Below are positions 20,679 to 30,570 of a stretch of 64,000 nt of DNA, piece by piece (the first letter of the stretch is position 1; the number at the start of each line of letters is the position of its first letter). The stretch lies in the sequence record PP328843.1; one strand, written 5' to 3'. The notes below the pieces were generated by a model. It worked only from the letters and a program-made list of their open reading frames with translations. It was not told the origin of the DNA and did not search any database. A program made the translations under genes and the position numbers. The DNA comes from Escherichia phage 215Ecol030PP.

Positions 20679-20716
20679 CAAGACTACTATACCATAGTCT
20701 TGTCAGCTTGTAAACT
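20679..20716 (-). promoter_or_regulatory. T4-type early promoter for dmd, -10 region enclosed by a 9-bp inverted repeat
   Basis: Plus strand acaagacta-ctatacca-tagtcttgt then gtaaac at 20711-20716. Confidence 0.5.
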
Positions 20717-22142
20717 AAAATTTTAATTCATTTGCCAAAGCATCTAACTGAGCTCGAGTGGATTCATTTCTTTGATAGCGATTCTGCTCAGCCTGAATCT
20801 GTTGTGAACCTGCTACTTCACTCACTTCTGTTGGAGTAGAATCTTGTTCAATTTCTACCCATTTTTGATTTCCTTTTTGAACACCCATCAAAAACTTATT
20901 CCATTTATTCTTATCGCCATATCGTGATTTGATTTGCTTAATGAGTTGTTGTTCAGCAGCTGCTAGCTCCTCGGTTTCAATGACCGCAAGCATAAAATCA
21001 GCTGTTGCTGGAAGACCAGCAGATTCTGCGATATCACTCATGTTAACATCAGAAGAGTCCCAAGCTTGTTTACCGACCTGTGCTGCAGTCCAAAGAACAG
21101 TTTCGGTTTCAACAGCCAGAGCACGCAATTCCTCTGCAATAGCTTTAACAGTTGTGTAACTATTTTCTGAATAAACTCTAATGCGGCAAGATTTACAAAT
21201 ACCCAGATAGTCGACAATAATGATTGTTGGAACAAAATTCTTTTTGAGCTTCAATTCGTTTAAAAGTGATCGAAATGTATTAGCATCTGCTCCACCAGTA
21301 GGATATTGTTTAACGATTAAACGACCAAGAGTAGATTTCTCACGCCATTTTTCCATTTTTCCTTTATACTCAGCGTAAGAAATATGCCCATCATCAATGT
21401 CATCAAGAGAAACATCAAGCATATTAGCATCAATACGCTTAGCACAGACTTCTTCTGCCATTTCCATGGAAATGTAAAGAACATTATGACCAAGCTGCAA
21501 ATAATCTGCTGCTAATGAACAAAGTCCTAATGATTTACCAACGTTAACGCCAGCCATTAAAACGTTCAGTGTTCCAGTCTCAGCTCCGCCTTTAGTAATT
21601 TTGTTTAGAATTCTGAGTTTAAATGGAACCTTACGAGCTTTATTCATATAAGATAGCCAACGCGCTTCATAGTCATCCATCCAATCATGACCAACGTAGC
21701 TATCAAATGAAATTGATAATGCTTGGCGCATGATGTCAGGAATAGCACCAACATCTGGCATTTTCTTATTTCGTTTTTCCGGAGGAAGTTCAGCATTAGT
21801 TTGAATTTCGATTATTTTAGACGTAGCATTAAACATCGCCCTTTGCTGAACATATTTTTCTGTTTCTTTTACTAACCAGCTGTGGTCTTCCGGAGAATCA
21901 GCTAGTTTTGAAATAAGTGTTTTTACACCAGAATATTCTGTTTCAGTAAATGAACTATTTTCTAATGCAACATTTAACGCATTAATAGATGGAACGCTAT
22001 GATACTCATTAACATGGGATTTAATTAATTTGAATGTATTTTTAGCTGGACCACTTTCAAAATATTCTGAATCCATATATGGCCAAACTTTTGAAAAATA
22101 AGCTTGATCAAATATGAGATGAGAAAGAATAATTTCTACCAC
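20715..22142 (-). CDS. 41: replicative DNA helicase gp41 (DnaB-like), 475 aa
   Basis: DnaB-family Walker A/B motifs; apparent GTG start at 22140-22142. Confidence 0.93.
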   Translation of the reverse strand: MVEIILSHLIFDQAYFSKVWPYMDSEYFESGPAKNTFKLIKSHVNEYHSVPSINALNVALENSSFTETEYSGVKTLISKLADSPEDHSWLVKETEKYVQQRAMFNATSKIIEIQTNAELPPEKRNKKMPDVGAIPDIMRQALSISFDSYVGHDWMDDYEARWLSYMNKARKVPFKLRILNKITKGGAETGTLNVLMAGVNVGKSLGLCSLAADYLQLGHNVLYISMEMAEEVCAKRIDANMLDVSLDDIDDGHISYAEYKGKMEKWREKSTLGRLIVKQYPTGGADANTFRSLLNELKLKKNFVPTIIIVDYLGICKSCRIRVYSENSYTTVKAIAEELRALAVETETVLWTAAQVGKQAWDSSDVNMSDIAESAGLPATADFMLAVIETEELAAAEQQLIKQIKSRYGDKNKWNKFLMGVQKGNQKWVEIEQDSTPTEVSEVAGSQQIQAEQNRYQRNESTRAQLDALANELKF

Positions 22143-22151
22143 ACTTACTCC

Positions 22152-22514
22152 TTAAAAGAATTTAAATTTTTTCTTTGACCTTTTATTAAATGCATCTTGT
22201 AGTTGCATTGTAATACATTTTTCTACATGAGGAGCTAACTCAGCTTTTCTTTCTTGGTCAAGAACAGCAAAGTCCATTACAACCTTTCCATCAACCCAAT
22301 CCAGTTTTGTTACATACACTATATGTGTAGAACCATCTTCTAGTTTAATGACAATCTCCTGGATAACATTTTCCATAGCGGATTTAATTATCTTAAGAGA
22401 CTCATTAAAAAGACGTTCTTTTCTTTCTTCTTCCCCCTCCGAAGAGGGGGATTCGTCGATAATTTCTAGATCTAAGTCTAAATCATCTTTATTCATTAAA
22501 TTCTTCCATATCAC
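22152..22514 (-). CDS. 40: gp40 head assembly protein (by position), up to 120 aa
   Basis: ORF between 41 and uvsX; track start is GTG, alternative ATG at 22494-22496. Confidence 0.6.
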   Translation of the reverse strand: MIWKNLMNKDDLDLDLEIIDESPSSEGEEERKERLFNESLKIIKSAMENVIQEIVIKLEDGSTHIVYVTKLDWVDGKVVMDFAVLDQERKAELAPHVEKCITMQLQDAFNKRSKKKFKFF

Positions 22515-23664
22515 TTAACTGTTCGAGGTCAGTTTCTAAATCAGCTGCTGATTTACTTTTACTTTCTGGAGATTTAAATTTTTCAACCTTTGAGTTAATC
22601 AATTCATCAACTTCAGCTTCAACAATTTCATTACTATCAATAGCACCTAACTGATAAGCACGTTTAATAGCATCTCGGAATGGTTGATGCTTAAATAAAG
22701 GACCCCAGAATGTAGTGCAGTTGGTATCTTTTGCACGCCAAGATTTTTCTTCGCGAATCATCTCGCCGGTTTCTTCGTCAAGAAATTCACGAGCATACCA
22801 GCCATTTTTAGGTTTTACTACAAATCCTAATTCAAGAGCCATATCTAACAATCCAGAATAAGGATCGATACCACCGTCAAATTTAACATCAATAAAGAAT
22901 TTACTTTTTTCTTTGACGGTACGAGATTTTTCTACATTTAGAACAAATTGATACCCCTGAAGATCAGAACCATCTTTAATCTGACGTTTACCGATAATGA
23001 ATACGGTATCAGCTGAATACATCGGTCCAGTACCACCTCCCATAACTGTTTTACTAAACATTTCTTGTGTTTCGTATGTATGGTTAATAGCAATACATGG
23101 AATATTTTTAGTACTAAAATAGGGAGTTACGATACGAAATAAGCTTTTCATTGTTTTAGCTCTAGTCATATCACTAACAACTTTTTCATTTAAAGCATCT
23201 TCAGTTTCTTTCTTAGAAGCTAAGTTACCAAGTGAATCGATAAAAACGACTACCTTTTCGCCGCGTTCAATTGCATCCAATTGATTAACCATGTCAATAC
23301 GTAATTGCTCAAGTGATTGAACCGGAGTATGAATTACTCGTTCTGGATCGACTCCCATAGACCGCAAATAAGCAGGAGTAATACCAAATTCACTATCATA
23401 AAACAAACATACTGCATCAGGATATTGACGCATGTAAGATGACACCATTGTTAATCCAAAGTTTGATTTAAATGATTTTGATGGACCTGCCAAAATTAAC
23501 AGACCAGATTGCATACCACCAGTAATTTCACCAGAAAGTGCAATATTCATCATAGGAATTTTTGTTCGAACTACATCTTTTTCATTAAAGAATTTAGATG
23601 CTGTTAATTCTGCAGTCAATTTAGAAGTAGAAGCTTTAATCAAACGAGATTTTAAATCAGACAT
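22489..23664 (-). CDS. uvsX: UvsX recombinase (RecA-like), 391 aa
   Basis: RecA fold Walker A (GPSKSFKS); ATG at 23662-23664. Confidence 0.93.
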   Translation of the reverse strand: MSDLKSRLIKASTSKLTAELTASKFFNEKDVVRTKIPMMNIALSGEITGGMQSGLLILAGPSKSFKSNFGLTMVSSYMRQYPDAVCLFYDSEFGITPAYLRSMGVDPERVIHTPVQSLEQLRIDMVNQLDAIERGEKVVVFIDSLGNLASKKETEDALNEKVVSDMTRAKTMKSLFRIVTPYFSTKNIPCIAINHTYETQEMFSKTVMGGGTGPMYSADTVFIIGKRQIKDGSDLQGYQFVLNVEKSRTVKEKSKFFIDVKFDGGIDPYSGLLDMALELGFVVKPKNGWYAREFLDEETGEMIREEKSWRAKDTNCTTFWGPLFKHQPFRDAIKRAYQLGAIDSNEIVEAEVDELINSKVEKFKSPESKSKSAADLETDLEQLSDMEEFNE

Positions 23665-23672
23665 ATAATACC

Positions 23673-24338
23673 TTATAGTAGTGTTCTTGTTCCACGAAAT
23701 ACTTCGAGCATTCTTGCATAAGATTTATTTGGAAATCCAGCTTCAATTGCTAATTTTTTAAGCTTAATAGCACCGGGTTTTCCAGAGTTTTCCCATATTT
23801 CTTTAATCTTTTCAATGTTATCCCATATTATTGGGTCACGTTTATGTGATGGTTTATTTCTATTATAACCATATGGATTATTAAGCAAAGCTTCTTTTCG
23901 TTTTGCTTTAGTTTCTTCTGACTGCTTTTTGCCTAGCTGGGCTTTCCGGCAAACATCACTAAATCCAAGATGTTTTGGTTTTCCTTTTTGAGCTTTTGAA
24001 ATTTTTTCTTTGGTTTCTGATGAAACTCTATAACCAATTCTTCTACCACCCTCTCCACCAATTTTTAAATTATAAGTCATAGGATCATTTACCACATCTA
24101 TTGTTACTAATTCTCTTTCAGCATCACGGGCTGATTTAAAATCTTTATAAAACCCAAGAATGCTTAAATTGAAATTTTTCTTACCATACTTTTTCTTGGC
24201 TTGTGCTAATAAAGTTCCTGACCCCATATAACCATCATTTAAATCATCGGTTGAATGAGTTCCATAGTAAATTTTATTATTAACTAAATTAGTTATAACA
24301 TAAGTATAATTATATTTCTTTTCTTTATGTCTTTTCAT
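23673..24338 (-). CDS. segA: GIY-YIG homing endonuclease SegA-like, about 221 aa
   Basis: GIY-YIG core (YTYVIT ... YYGTH) with repeated basic xxSxExKxK segments; ATG at 24336-24338. Confidence 0.75.
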   Translation of the reverse strand: MKRHKEKKYNYTYVITNLVNNKIYYGTHSTDDLNDGYMGSGTLLAQAKKKYGKKNFNLSILGFYKDFKSARDAERELVTIDVVNDPMTYNLKIGGEGGRRIGYRVSSETKEKISKAQKGKPKHLGFSDVCRKAQLGKKQSEETKAKRKEALLNNPYGYNRNKPSHKRDPIIWDNIEKIKEIWENSGKPGAIKLKKLAIEAGFPNKSYARMLEVFRGTRTLL

Positions 24339-24342
24339 GTCA

Positions 24343-25185
24343 TTAATCAACTGCTATTGGATGAATAGCATTAAACTTATGAAATGCTTCTGATTTTTCT
24401 TTACGCGAAACGCACATGCGAAGAACCTTTAGTGGTTCATCTTCTTCACCCAACGATTTTCGTTTTTCAATATTAGAAGTTTTCCAACGAGCTTGTTCTG
24501 GAAACTCTCTATTGATTTGCTCAAGCGCTCTATTATGTTTAGAATTACTGCGAATTGAACTACACCCACCAGGAGCTTGTGATTTTCCAGATACAACTAG
24601 ATATTTGAACAAGGCCAAATGTGGATAACCTTGATTAATTAAATTGAGAAATGCATACATATCTTCGCATAAATCAATTTTTCCATACCCAATTTGTTCT
24701 GTCGTAAGTTTTCCGAGGTCATACCATGTATTCGTGAATCCATATGAGTTTTCACGATAATTACCCCAAGATGAAGTAATTTTAAAAATTGGTAGACGAG
24801 CATGACCGTGATAATACCCGCAATCCATGGCATCCTCAACATATTGAATCAATTCATAGAACTGTTCACGAGTTAATTGATTAATTTTATCTACGCGCCG
24901 TTTATCGTCTCTCTTTCGTATTGAACTCATACGAATAGTAGTATCATCATCAATCATCCATATTCGTTGACCTGCATACATATCAGTAATTGCTTTACGA
25001 GTACCGGAAATTCCGTTTACATCATCAGGAATAGTTACAATTTTAGCTCTAGACCCATAGGCATCATAATAAGCTTTTTCTTCATGTTCACGCACTACAA
25101 TATGGGGTTCATAATCAGTCGGAAACATATCAAGGGCAGAAACTGCCCCTACACGTTGATAGCTCGGAATTACGAATTGAATCAT
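24343..25185 (-). CDS. GT-A type (DxD) glycosyltransferase, 280 aa; candidate DNA glucosyl-HMC glucosyltransferase occupying the T4 beta-gt locus
   Basis: DxD motif IWMIDDDTT; lies between segA and gene 42 where T4 carries the 351-aa GT-B beta-glucosyltransferase. Confidence 0.6.
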   Translation of the reverse strand: MIQFVIPSYQRVGAVSALDMFPTDYEPHIVVREHEEKAYYDAYGSRAKIVTIPDDVNGISGTRKAITDMYAGQRIWMIDDDTTIRMSSIRKRDDKRRVDKINQLTREQFYELIQYVEDAMDCGYYHGHARLPIFKITSSWGNYRENSYGFTNTWYDLGKLTTEQIGYGKIDLCEDMYAFLNLINQGYPHLALFKYLVVSGKSQAPGGCSSIRSNSKHNRALEQINREFPEQARWKTSNIEKRKSLGEEDEPLKVLRMCVSRKEKSEAFHKFNAIHPIAVD

Positions 25186-25823
25186 TTAAGTGCCTTACAT
25201 TTATCAAAATGGTATCTTGTCATATTTGGCCCACGTCCTTTTAGTCCGCAATGCGGACATATTTTTTCTATCAAATTATGAGGTTTTCCTTTACGATTTT
25301 TAGACATCGTTTCTTTAATTATTTTAGCTTTTTCTACGCCAAAAATTTCTTCATAAGTTTTACCAGAATTTTCCTTGGCTCGATTTATAATTCCATATGC
25401 CTGCTCATTTTTACCATACATTGGATTACCTTCGCCTTTCATTCTTTTAGAATGATCAGGACGCTTGATTCCACGAAAGGCATTTCCGCACTTATATCTT
25501 TCTTCTGGAGATAGTTTTTTACCGTACATTCCATTTAATTTGCCTGGAAAACTTCCTCCCCATGCTTCATTCTTTAAATTATATGAATCCGGACAATTAG
25601 CAGCATCTAAACAAGTTAAAATAATTTCTTCAACCTGTCTAAACATTGGTCCTTCATATAATATTTCTTTATTAAAGGATTTTATTCCATATTTCTTTTT
25701 AACATGTTGCCAAACTACACCCGAACCATCATAATTCGGGTTGTGACCATCATGACTTCCTATATACCACTTTTTAGTTTTAGGATGTTTATACTTATAA
25801 ACATGCGGCACATTTACTTCCAT
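25182..25823 (-). CDS. Seg-like GIY-YIG homing endonuclease with C-terminal zinc finger, 213 aa
   Basis: GIY-YIG core (VYKYKH...KKWYIGSHDG), repeated GKKLSPEER/GKNEQ segments, C-terminal CPHCGLKGRGPNMTRYHFDKC; ATG at 25821-25823. Confidence 0.7.
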   Translation of the reverse strand: MEVNVPHVYKYKHPKTKKWYIGSHDGHNPNYDGSGVVWQHVKKKYGIKSFNKEILYEGPMFRQVEEIILTCLDAANCPDSYNLKNEAWGGSFPGKLNGMYGKKLSPEERYKCGNAFRGIKRPDHSKRMKGEGNPMYGKNEQAYGIINRAKENSGKTYEEIFGVEKAKIIKETMSKNRKGKPHNLIEKICPHCGLKGRGPNMTRYHFDKCKALK

Positions 25824-26554
25824 TTTCCAGTATAATCCTTTTTAGCAATATGAGTCTCACCGGTGTTCCACCAATGGTCAACTAAATAAAACTGATTTTC
25901 GTACACATGAAGACTTCCAACGTTCCATATAATAGAACCTGCTTTATATTGCCGCGATGGGTCGCCTGCATTCAAATCAGATACTAATTTATCTAGTACG
26001 TATTTTTGCCAAGCATAATCATTACGATAGCCTGCCCAGCAATCATTGCTTCTCATGCTAACAACCGCATTGACTTTCTTATCACGAATCAGGTACTGTA
26101 CTGTATTCGTACACATGAAATCTGACATACCATCTTTATTGTAGTCAAATTGCATGGATGGACGAGTATAAATCATGATACCACGTCGAGAATCAGGATT
26201 TTGACCAAGTTCAGCTAAACACATGTCATATTGAGCATAGTTATCTTCTGACCAGATAGCCCAACCATAATTCGAGTTAATTTCACCTTTAGAAGATGCT
26301 ACCTGCTGCCAAATCTTTGGTGTTTCGCCTGGAATATCTTTAACAAACAAGCTCTTAGATTTATACCATTCAAGTTCACGTTGAATGTATTCATCATTAA
26401 GAGCGCCAAAAATAAACGGTTCATCTGCTACAAATGATGCGCCAATAATTTCAATAGTTTTAACACCAGTTTTATCAACTACGAAATCTTTTTCTTTTAA
26501 TGCAAGCCCCAAATGAAGACGGATTTCTTCAACTGTCATAGAGTCACTAATCAT
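25814..26554 (-). CDS. 42: dCMP hydroxymethylase gp42, 246 aa
   Basis: Thymidylate-synthase-like fold; N-terminus MISDSMTVEEIRLHLG recognised; ATG at 26552-26554. Confidence 0.93.
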   Translation of the reverse strand: MISDSMTVEEIRLHLGLALKEKDFVVDKTGVKTIEIIGASFVADEPFIFGALNDEYIQRELEWYKSKSLFVKDIPGETPKIWQQVASSKGEINSNYGWAIWSEDNYAQYDMCLAELGQNPDSRRGIMIYTRPSMQFDYNKDGMSDFMCTNTVQYLIRDKKVNAVVSMRSNDCWAGYRNDYAWQKYVLDKLVSDLNAGDPSRQYKAGSIIWNVGSLHVYENQFYLVDHWWNTGETHIAKKDYTGKWK

Positions 26555-26707
26555 TTAAACCTCAATTGATACATTCATATTTAACTTGTAACAGTAATAA
26601 ACTCCAACCTAAAATAATAGTTGGAATCATAAGAGGAACCGTTACACTATAGTATATACTTATTATAACCATCAAGATTAAAAGCAATGCTGTTATAATT
26701 TTGCTTT

Positions 26708-26959
26708 TCATTCCTTCTCTCTGATGATAATTACCTGATTTGGCTGCGCAGACTTTTTAGTTTCACCTGCAATTGACCAAATAAATGTAATAAACCAACC
26801 AATAATTGACCAGTTAAACAGTAAAGACGTGAAAAAGATTCCTACTGTCGATTTTGACCCACGCATCAAGGCGATAAACCATGGAAGCATGTATATAATA
26901 ATAGCCAACACGCCTGAAACTAAAACCATAAAAATTGAACCTGCTACTAAAGTTTCCAT
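26708..26959 (-). CDS. imm: Imm superinfection immunity membrane protein, 83 aa
   Basis: Two hydrophobic helices; sequence recognised as T4 Imm. Confidence 0.85.
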   Translation of the reverse strand: METLVAGSIFMVLVSGVLAIIIYMLPWFIALMRGSKSTVGIFFTSLLFNWSIIGWFITFIWSIAGETKKSAQPNQVIIIREKE

Positions 26960-26966
26960 GTTTTCC

Positions 26967-27347
26967 TCACTTAGTCAAATTTTTTACACATGAATTATAA
27001 GAATTCACTACATACTCCATCGGAGCGTTTTTACCTGTACGCCACTGGTAATTATTAGCCCAATTTGCCCAAAGTTCTGCACAGTAGTTTTCAATTTTTT
27101 CTTCGCGTGTAATTACATCCGAATTACGATATGCTTGAGCAGATTCATCTGGACGAATAGCTTCGTCAAAATTCGCCTGCATTTGTTCTACTATTTGCTT
27201 TGGAGCTTCTTTATAACACTTGACATTAGGATTATAAAATTTGCTTGAACAATTTACAATTTTTCCTACATCAGACTGATTTACTACCGGTCCTTGAGCT
27301 ACACAACCAGTAAGACCTAATGCAATAACCAAAATAGCGATTTTCAT
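26967..27347 (-). CDS. putative lipoprotein (imm.1 position), 126 aa
   Basis: Signal peptide with lipobox LGLTGC. Confidence 0.6.
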   Translation of the reverse strand: MKIAILVIALGLTGCVAQGPVVNQSDVGKIVNCSSKFYNPNVKCYKEAPKQIVEQMQANFDEAIRPDESAQAYRNSDVITREEKIENYCAELWANWANNYQWRTGKNAPMEYVVNSYNSCVKNLTK

Positions 27348-27357
27348 AATAATTTCC

Positions 27358-27615
27358 TCAAATGCAAGTAGTAATTACTCCAGTAGTGCTTATGCAGATA
27401 TTACCCATTTGCACACCTAAAGACCCATTTGTATTCACATGAAGATTATCATCAATTTTAACTGATATTTTACCATTAGTGTGAATAACGGTGCTAGATT
27501 CAATCACAGGTTGAGTATCATTTTCAACACTAACAAATGGAACTGCTGCTAATGCAACTAAACAAACTGCTAATGCAACTAAACACACTGCTAAACAACC
27601 ATAAACAATTTTCAT
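27358..27615 (-). CDS. small membrane/secreted protein with internal 7-aa tandem duplication, about 85 aa
   Basis: AVCLVAL-AVCLVAL encoded by a 21-bp tandem repeat at 27551-27592; probable ATG at 27613-27615 with GGAG SD. Confidence 0.55.
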   Translation of the reverse strand: MKIVYGCLAVCLVALAVCLVALAAVPFVSVENDTQPVIESSTVIHTNGKISVKIDDNLHVNTNGSLGVQMGNICISTTGVITTCI

Positions 27616-27639
27616 TTTATTCTCCAATCCATATCAGTT

Positions 27640-27677
27640 GATAGTTGTATAGTACCATGGAAGAACGGGGATGTAAA
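27640..27677 (-). promoter_or_regulatory. T4-type early promoter (member of the gatagttgtatagtacca family)
   Basis: 18-mer gatagttgtatagtacca at 27640-27657 followed by gtaaac at 27672-27677; the 18-mer recurs at 53152, 55063 and 59277. Confidence 0.5.
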
Positions 27678-27760
27678 CAGTTTTGTGAAAAAATTTTTAA
27701 TGAATTTACAGGACCTAGAATCATCTGTTTTTCATAAGTATAGATTTATATTACTTGTAT

Positions 27761-27782
27761 GAAAAAGGGACCCGGAGGTCCC
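27761..27782 (-). terminator. intrinsic terminator downstream of gene 43: GGGACC-UCCG-GGUCCC plus U-run
   Basis: Plus strand aaaaa gggacccggaggtccc at 27762-27782, 14 nt after the gene 43 stop. Confidence 0.55.
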
Positions 27783-27795
27783 TAGATTTATTCTA

Positions 27796-30492
27796 TCAGC
27801 CAAACAGGAAGTCTAACGAAGCTTTTTCTTCATAGTCCATGCCAGCCGATTCACACATACCCGCAAGCGGTTTAACAAACGATTTTTGGAACAAAGTTGA
27901 GTGGTCAATCCAAGATAGCACATCAGAACGAATTTCTTTTGGAAGTTCTGTACCCGATGGCCAAGCAATGCACTTGTCACCAAATGGATTTCCTTCACGT
28001 AATGGAAGAACCATTACTTTATTTCCATCCAAAATTGGAGCTACACCCAGACCACTAACAGCTCGACGATAAGTTAGCACACCGCGAATATGGAACGGGC
28101 ATTTAAATCCTGGCCAACCTTTATCATCATATTTCGCTATATCGTTCGCAGTTTTTACTTCAGCAATAACTTTATAGTCAAGTTGACGATATTCTTTCTC
28201 GAAGTTCTTATAGTATTCTTGGACAGACTCTTCACCTTCCTGAAGAATACGACGAATACTTTCTTCGAGAGCTTCTTGCACTGCTTTTGGTGTTGAACTC
28301 TGCTGAGTTTCCATACCCATGATTTTTAGATGCGGTTCAGCAAATCGCTTATCTTCCATATCATAAACGTTCAGAGCATAACGCTTTTTCGCTTTCCAAA
28401 ATCCACCAACGCCCTTTGAACCAAGCGGAGGGCAAGAAATAGCTTCACGGTCCATATGCATCAGATGCTCGCGGTTATTCATATAATCACATAACTCACG
28501 ATATGCAACATCAATCATAGGTTCCATCTTTTTCTTACCAAACTGATTCATAAATTCAACTAAATCGTTCTGCTCTTTGAATCGGTCAAGACCAACTTTT
28601 TCAATAACTTTATCTACACAAACATATACCGAATCAGTATCACCTGCTGCGATGAAATCTTCACCATTAGTTCCGCATACTTTATTCAGATATTCATTAA
28701 TTTTACGAGCAATCCACTGAATACCGACTTGGCCGAAAATTGTGATAGCAGTAGCATTTCGCAAATCATAGTAACGGAAATGAATATTACCAAGAGCACC
28801 ATAAAGACTGTTAATAAGAATTTTACGGTTCAGCTGATTTGTGTTAGCAAGTGTAGCTGCTTTTTCACATTCTTCGATCAGACTATTAAGAACAGATTCA
28901 GTGTAATTCGATAATTCATTTAAGAAATCATCATTGAACTTAACATATCGTTCAACTTCTGGTTTAGTTGAACAAGACCCTGCACCTTTCATAATAATCT
29001 TTTTAATAGCTTCGGCATTCATTTCTTCAGCGAACATTTTCTTTTTCCAATCTTTACGCTGGAAAAATACTTTAGCGATTTCCTTTGGAATGATACCTTC
29101 TTGATGCTTATCATACATCCATCCATTCGGAGAACAAGAATATTCATCACTCGGTTTAGGAGCTGTTCCTGCGATATATTCATGAATTGGATGAACTTTA
29201 AATTGTCCACGAATAGTCTCAGGACTAATGTTAACCTGGCGAATAATACTCGGATACAGAGACGTCAAGTCAAAACTCATAATGTATCGACGAGCAATTG
29301 GCTTAGGTTCAAACACAAATGCACCCGGAAAACTCTGTTTAACATGCGAACCTTGTTGAGGAATAACCTTATGTTCACCTTTCAATGAGTTAAAAATAAT
29401 AGCATCCCAAGTTTTAATAGGACTCATTACACCAGAAAAAGGCATTTTAGCATAATAAGACATACTTAAAACTAGATCGATAAACCCACGAATTTTATCA
29501 ATTGCTTGAACTGATTCTACGTCAATGATGTTATAACTAATGTATCGTTGATGATTAGTCTCACGAAGTTTATTAATAGGACCGTCGTATGGCAATTTAC
29601 CTTTTTTGGTTTCATGTTGAGCAACTGATTCCAAAGAGAATGATGGCAAATTAGTAAATGCGAATTTCTTGTACAAATCTAAATAATCAAGAATAGATAC
29701 GCCATCAATAGAATAAATTTCTTTGCTACCGTACATATTTTGAATTAGTTTAGATTTTACTCGACCGATTGGAGAGAAGCGTTTCATACTACGTTCACCG
29801 AGAACCATTTTAACACGATTCATGATATACGGAACGTCAAATCCCTCAATATTCCAACCGGTAAAAATAGCAGGTCGTTTCTGTTCCCAGAGATTAATAT
29901 ATTCCATGAGCATATCACGCTCATTATCAAATGGCATATAAATTACTCGGTCAAGAATTTCTTGAGGAACTTCATCACCACCTTCACAGTCAAGCTTAGC
30001 AGCTAACTTTGCATCCCATTTTGATACTGAACCATACATTGAATTCAAAAGGTCGAAAACATAAAAACGATCATCAATTGAATCGTAATGAGTGATAGCA
30101 TCAATTTCATATTCAGCTTTCATTGGGTCAGGAAATTTATCACCAGTAACCTCAATGTCACAGTTAGCTACACGAACAAATTTTCGGTCATAAACAATTT
30201 CTGAACCATATGTATCACTGATATAAGCGAGTTTAAAATCGTTCATACCGAGAGCTTCGAGACCGATGTCTTCCATTCGTTTCATCCAATCTCGAGCATC
30301 TTTCATTGATGGAAATTTTTGAGGAGCACAATTTTTACCATAGATGTCTTTGTACTTTGACTCTTCCTTACAATGCCTAAACATAGTCGGAAGATATTCT
30401 ACTTCACGAGTACGTTCCTTTCCGTTTTCATCAATATAACGTTCAACAATGTTATTTCCGACTGTTTCGATAGAGATATAAAATTCTTTCAT
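27796..30492 (-). CDS. 43: DNA polymerase gp43 (family B, with 3'-5' exonuclease), 898 aa
   Basis: Exo motifs and polymerase motifs (DTDS); ATG at 30490-30492; size matches T4 gp43. Confidence 0.97.
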   Translation of the reverse strand: MKEFYISIETVGNNIVERYIDENGKERTREVEYLPTMFRHCKEESKYKDIYGKNCAPQKFPSMKDARDWMKRMEDIGLEALGMNDFKLAYISDTYGSEIVYDRKFVRVANCDIEVTGDKFPDPMKAEYEIDAITHYDSIDDRFYVFDLLNSMYGSVSKWDAKLAAKLDCEGGDEVPQEILDRVIYMPFDNERDMLMEYINLWEQKRPAIFTGWNIEGFDVPYIMNRVKMVLGERSMKRFSPIGRVKSKLIQNMYGSKEIYSIDGVSILDYLDLYKKFAFTNLPSFSLESVAQHETKKGKLPYDGPINKLRETNHQRYISYNIIDVESVQAIDKIRGFIDLVLSMSYYAKMPFSGVMSPIKTWDAIIFNSLKGEHKVIPQQGSHVKQSFPGAFVFEPKPIARRYIMSFDLTSLYPSIIRQVNISPETIRGQFKVHPIHEYIAGTAPKPSDEYSCSPNGWMYDKHQEGIIPKEIAKVFFQRKDWKKKMFAEEMNAEAIKKIIMKGAGSCSTKPEVERYVKFNDDFLNELSNYTESVLNSLIEECEKAATLANTNQLNRKILINSLYGALGNIHFRYYDLRNATAITIFGQVGIQWIARKINEYLNKVCGTNGEDFIAAGDTDSVYVCVDKVIEKVGLDRFKEQNDLVEFMNQFGKKKMEPMIDVAYRELCDYMNNREHLMHMDREAISCPPLGSKGVGGFWKAKKRYALNVYDMEDKRFAEPHLKIMGMETQQSSTPKAVQEALEESIRRILQEGEESVQEYYKNFEKEYRQLDYKVIAEVKTANDIAKYDDKGWPGFKCPFHIRGVLTYRRAVSGLGVAPILDGNKVMVLPLREGNPFGDKCIAWPSGTELPKEIRSDVLSWIDHSTLFQKSFVKPLAGMCESAGMDYEEKASLDFLFG

Positions 30493-30544
30493 AGATATTC
30501 CTTAGTTTATAGCCCGAGTTATTAGGCTCTTGATATATTATACT

Positions 30545-30566
30545 CCAAATAAGGGGCCGAAGCCCC
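30545..30566 (-). terminator. hairpin GGGGC-UUCG-GCCCC downstream of regA
   Basis: Plus strand ggggccgaagcccc at 30553-30566 followed on the minus strand by UUAUUU. Confidence 0.45.
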
Positions 30567-30570
30567 TTGC

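Noticed and set aside
24343-25185. Calling this ORF T4 beta-glucosyltransferase
   Set aside because: It is 280 aa with a GT-A type DxD motif, whereas T4 beta-gt is 351 aa with a GT-B fold and a different sequence; called a distinct glycosyltransferase instead
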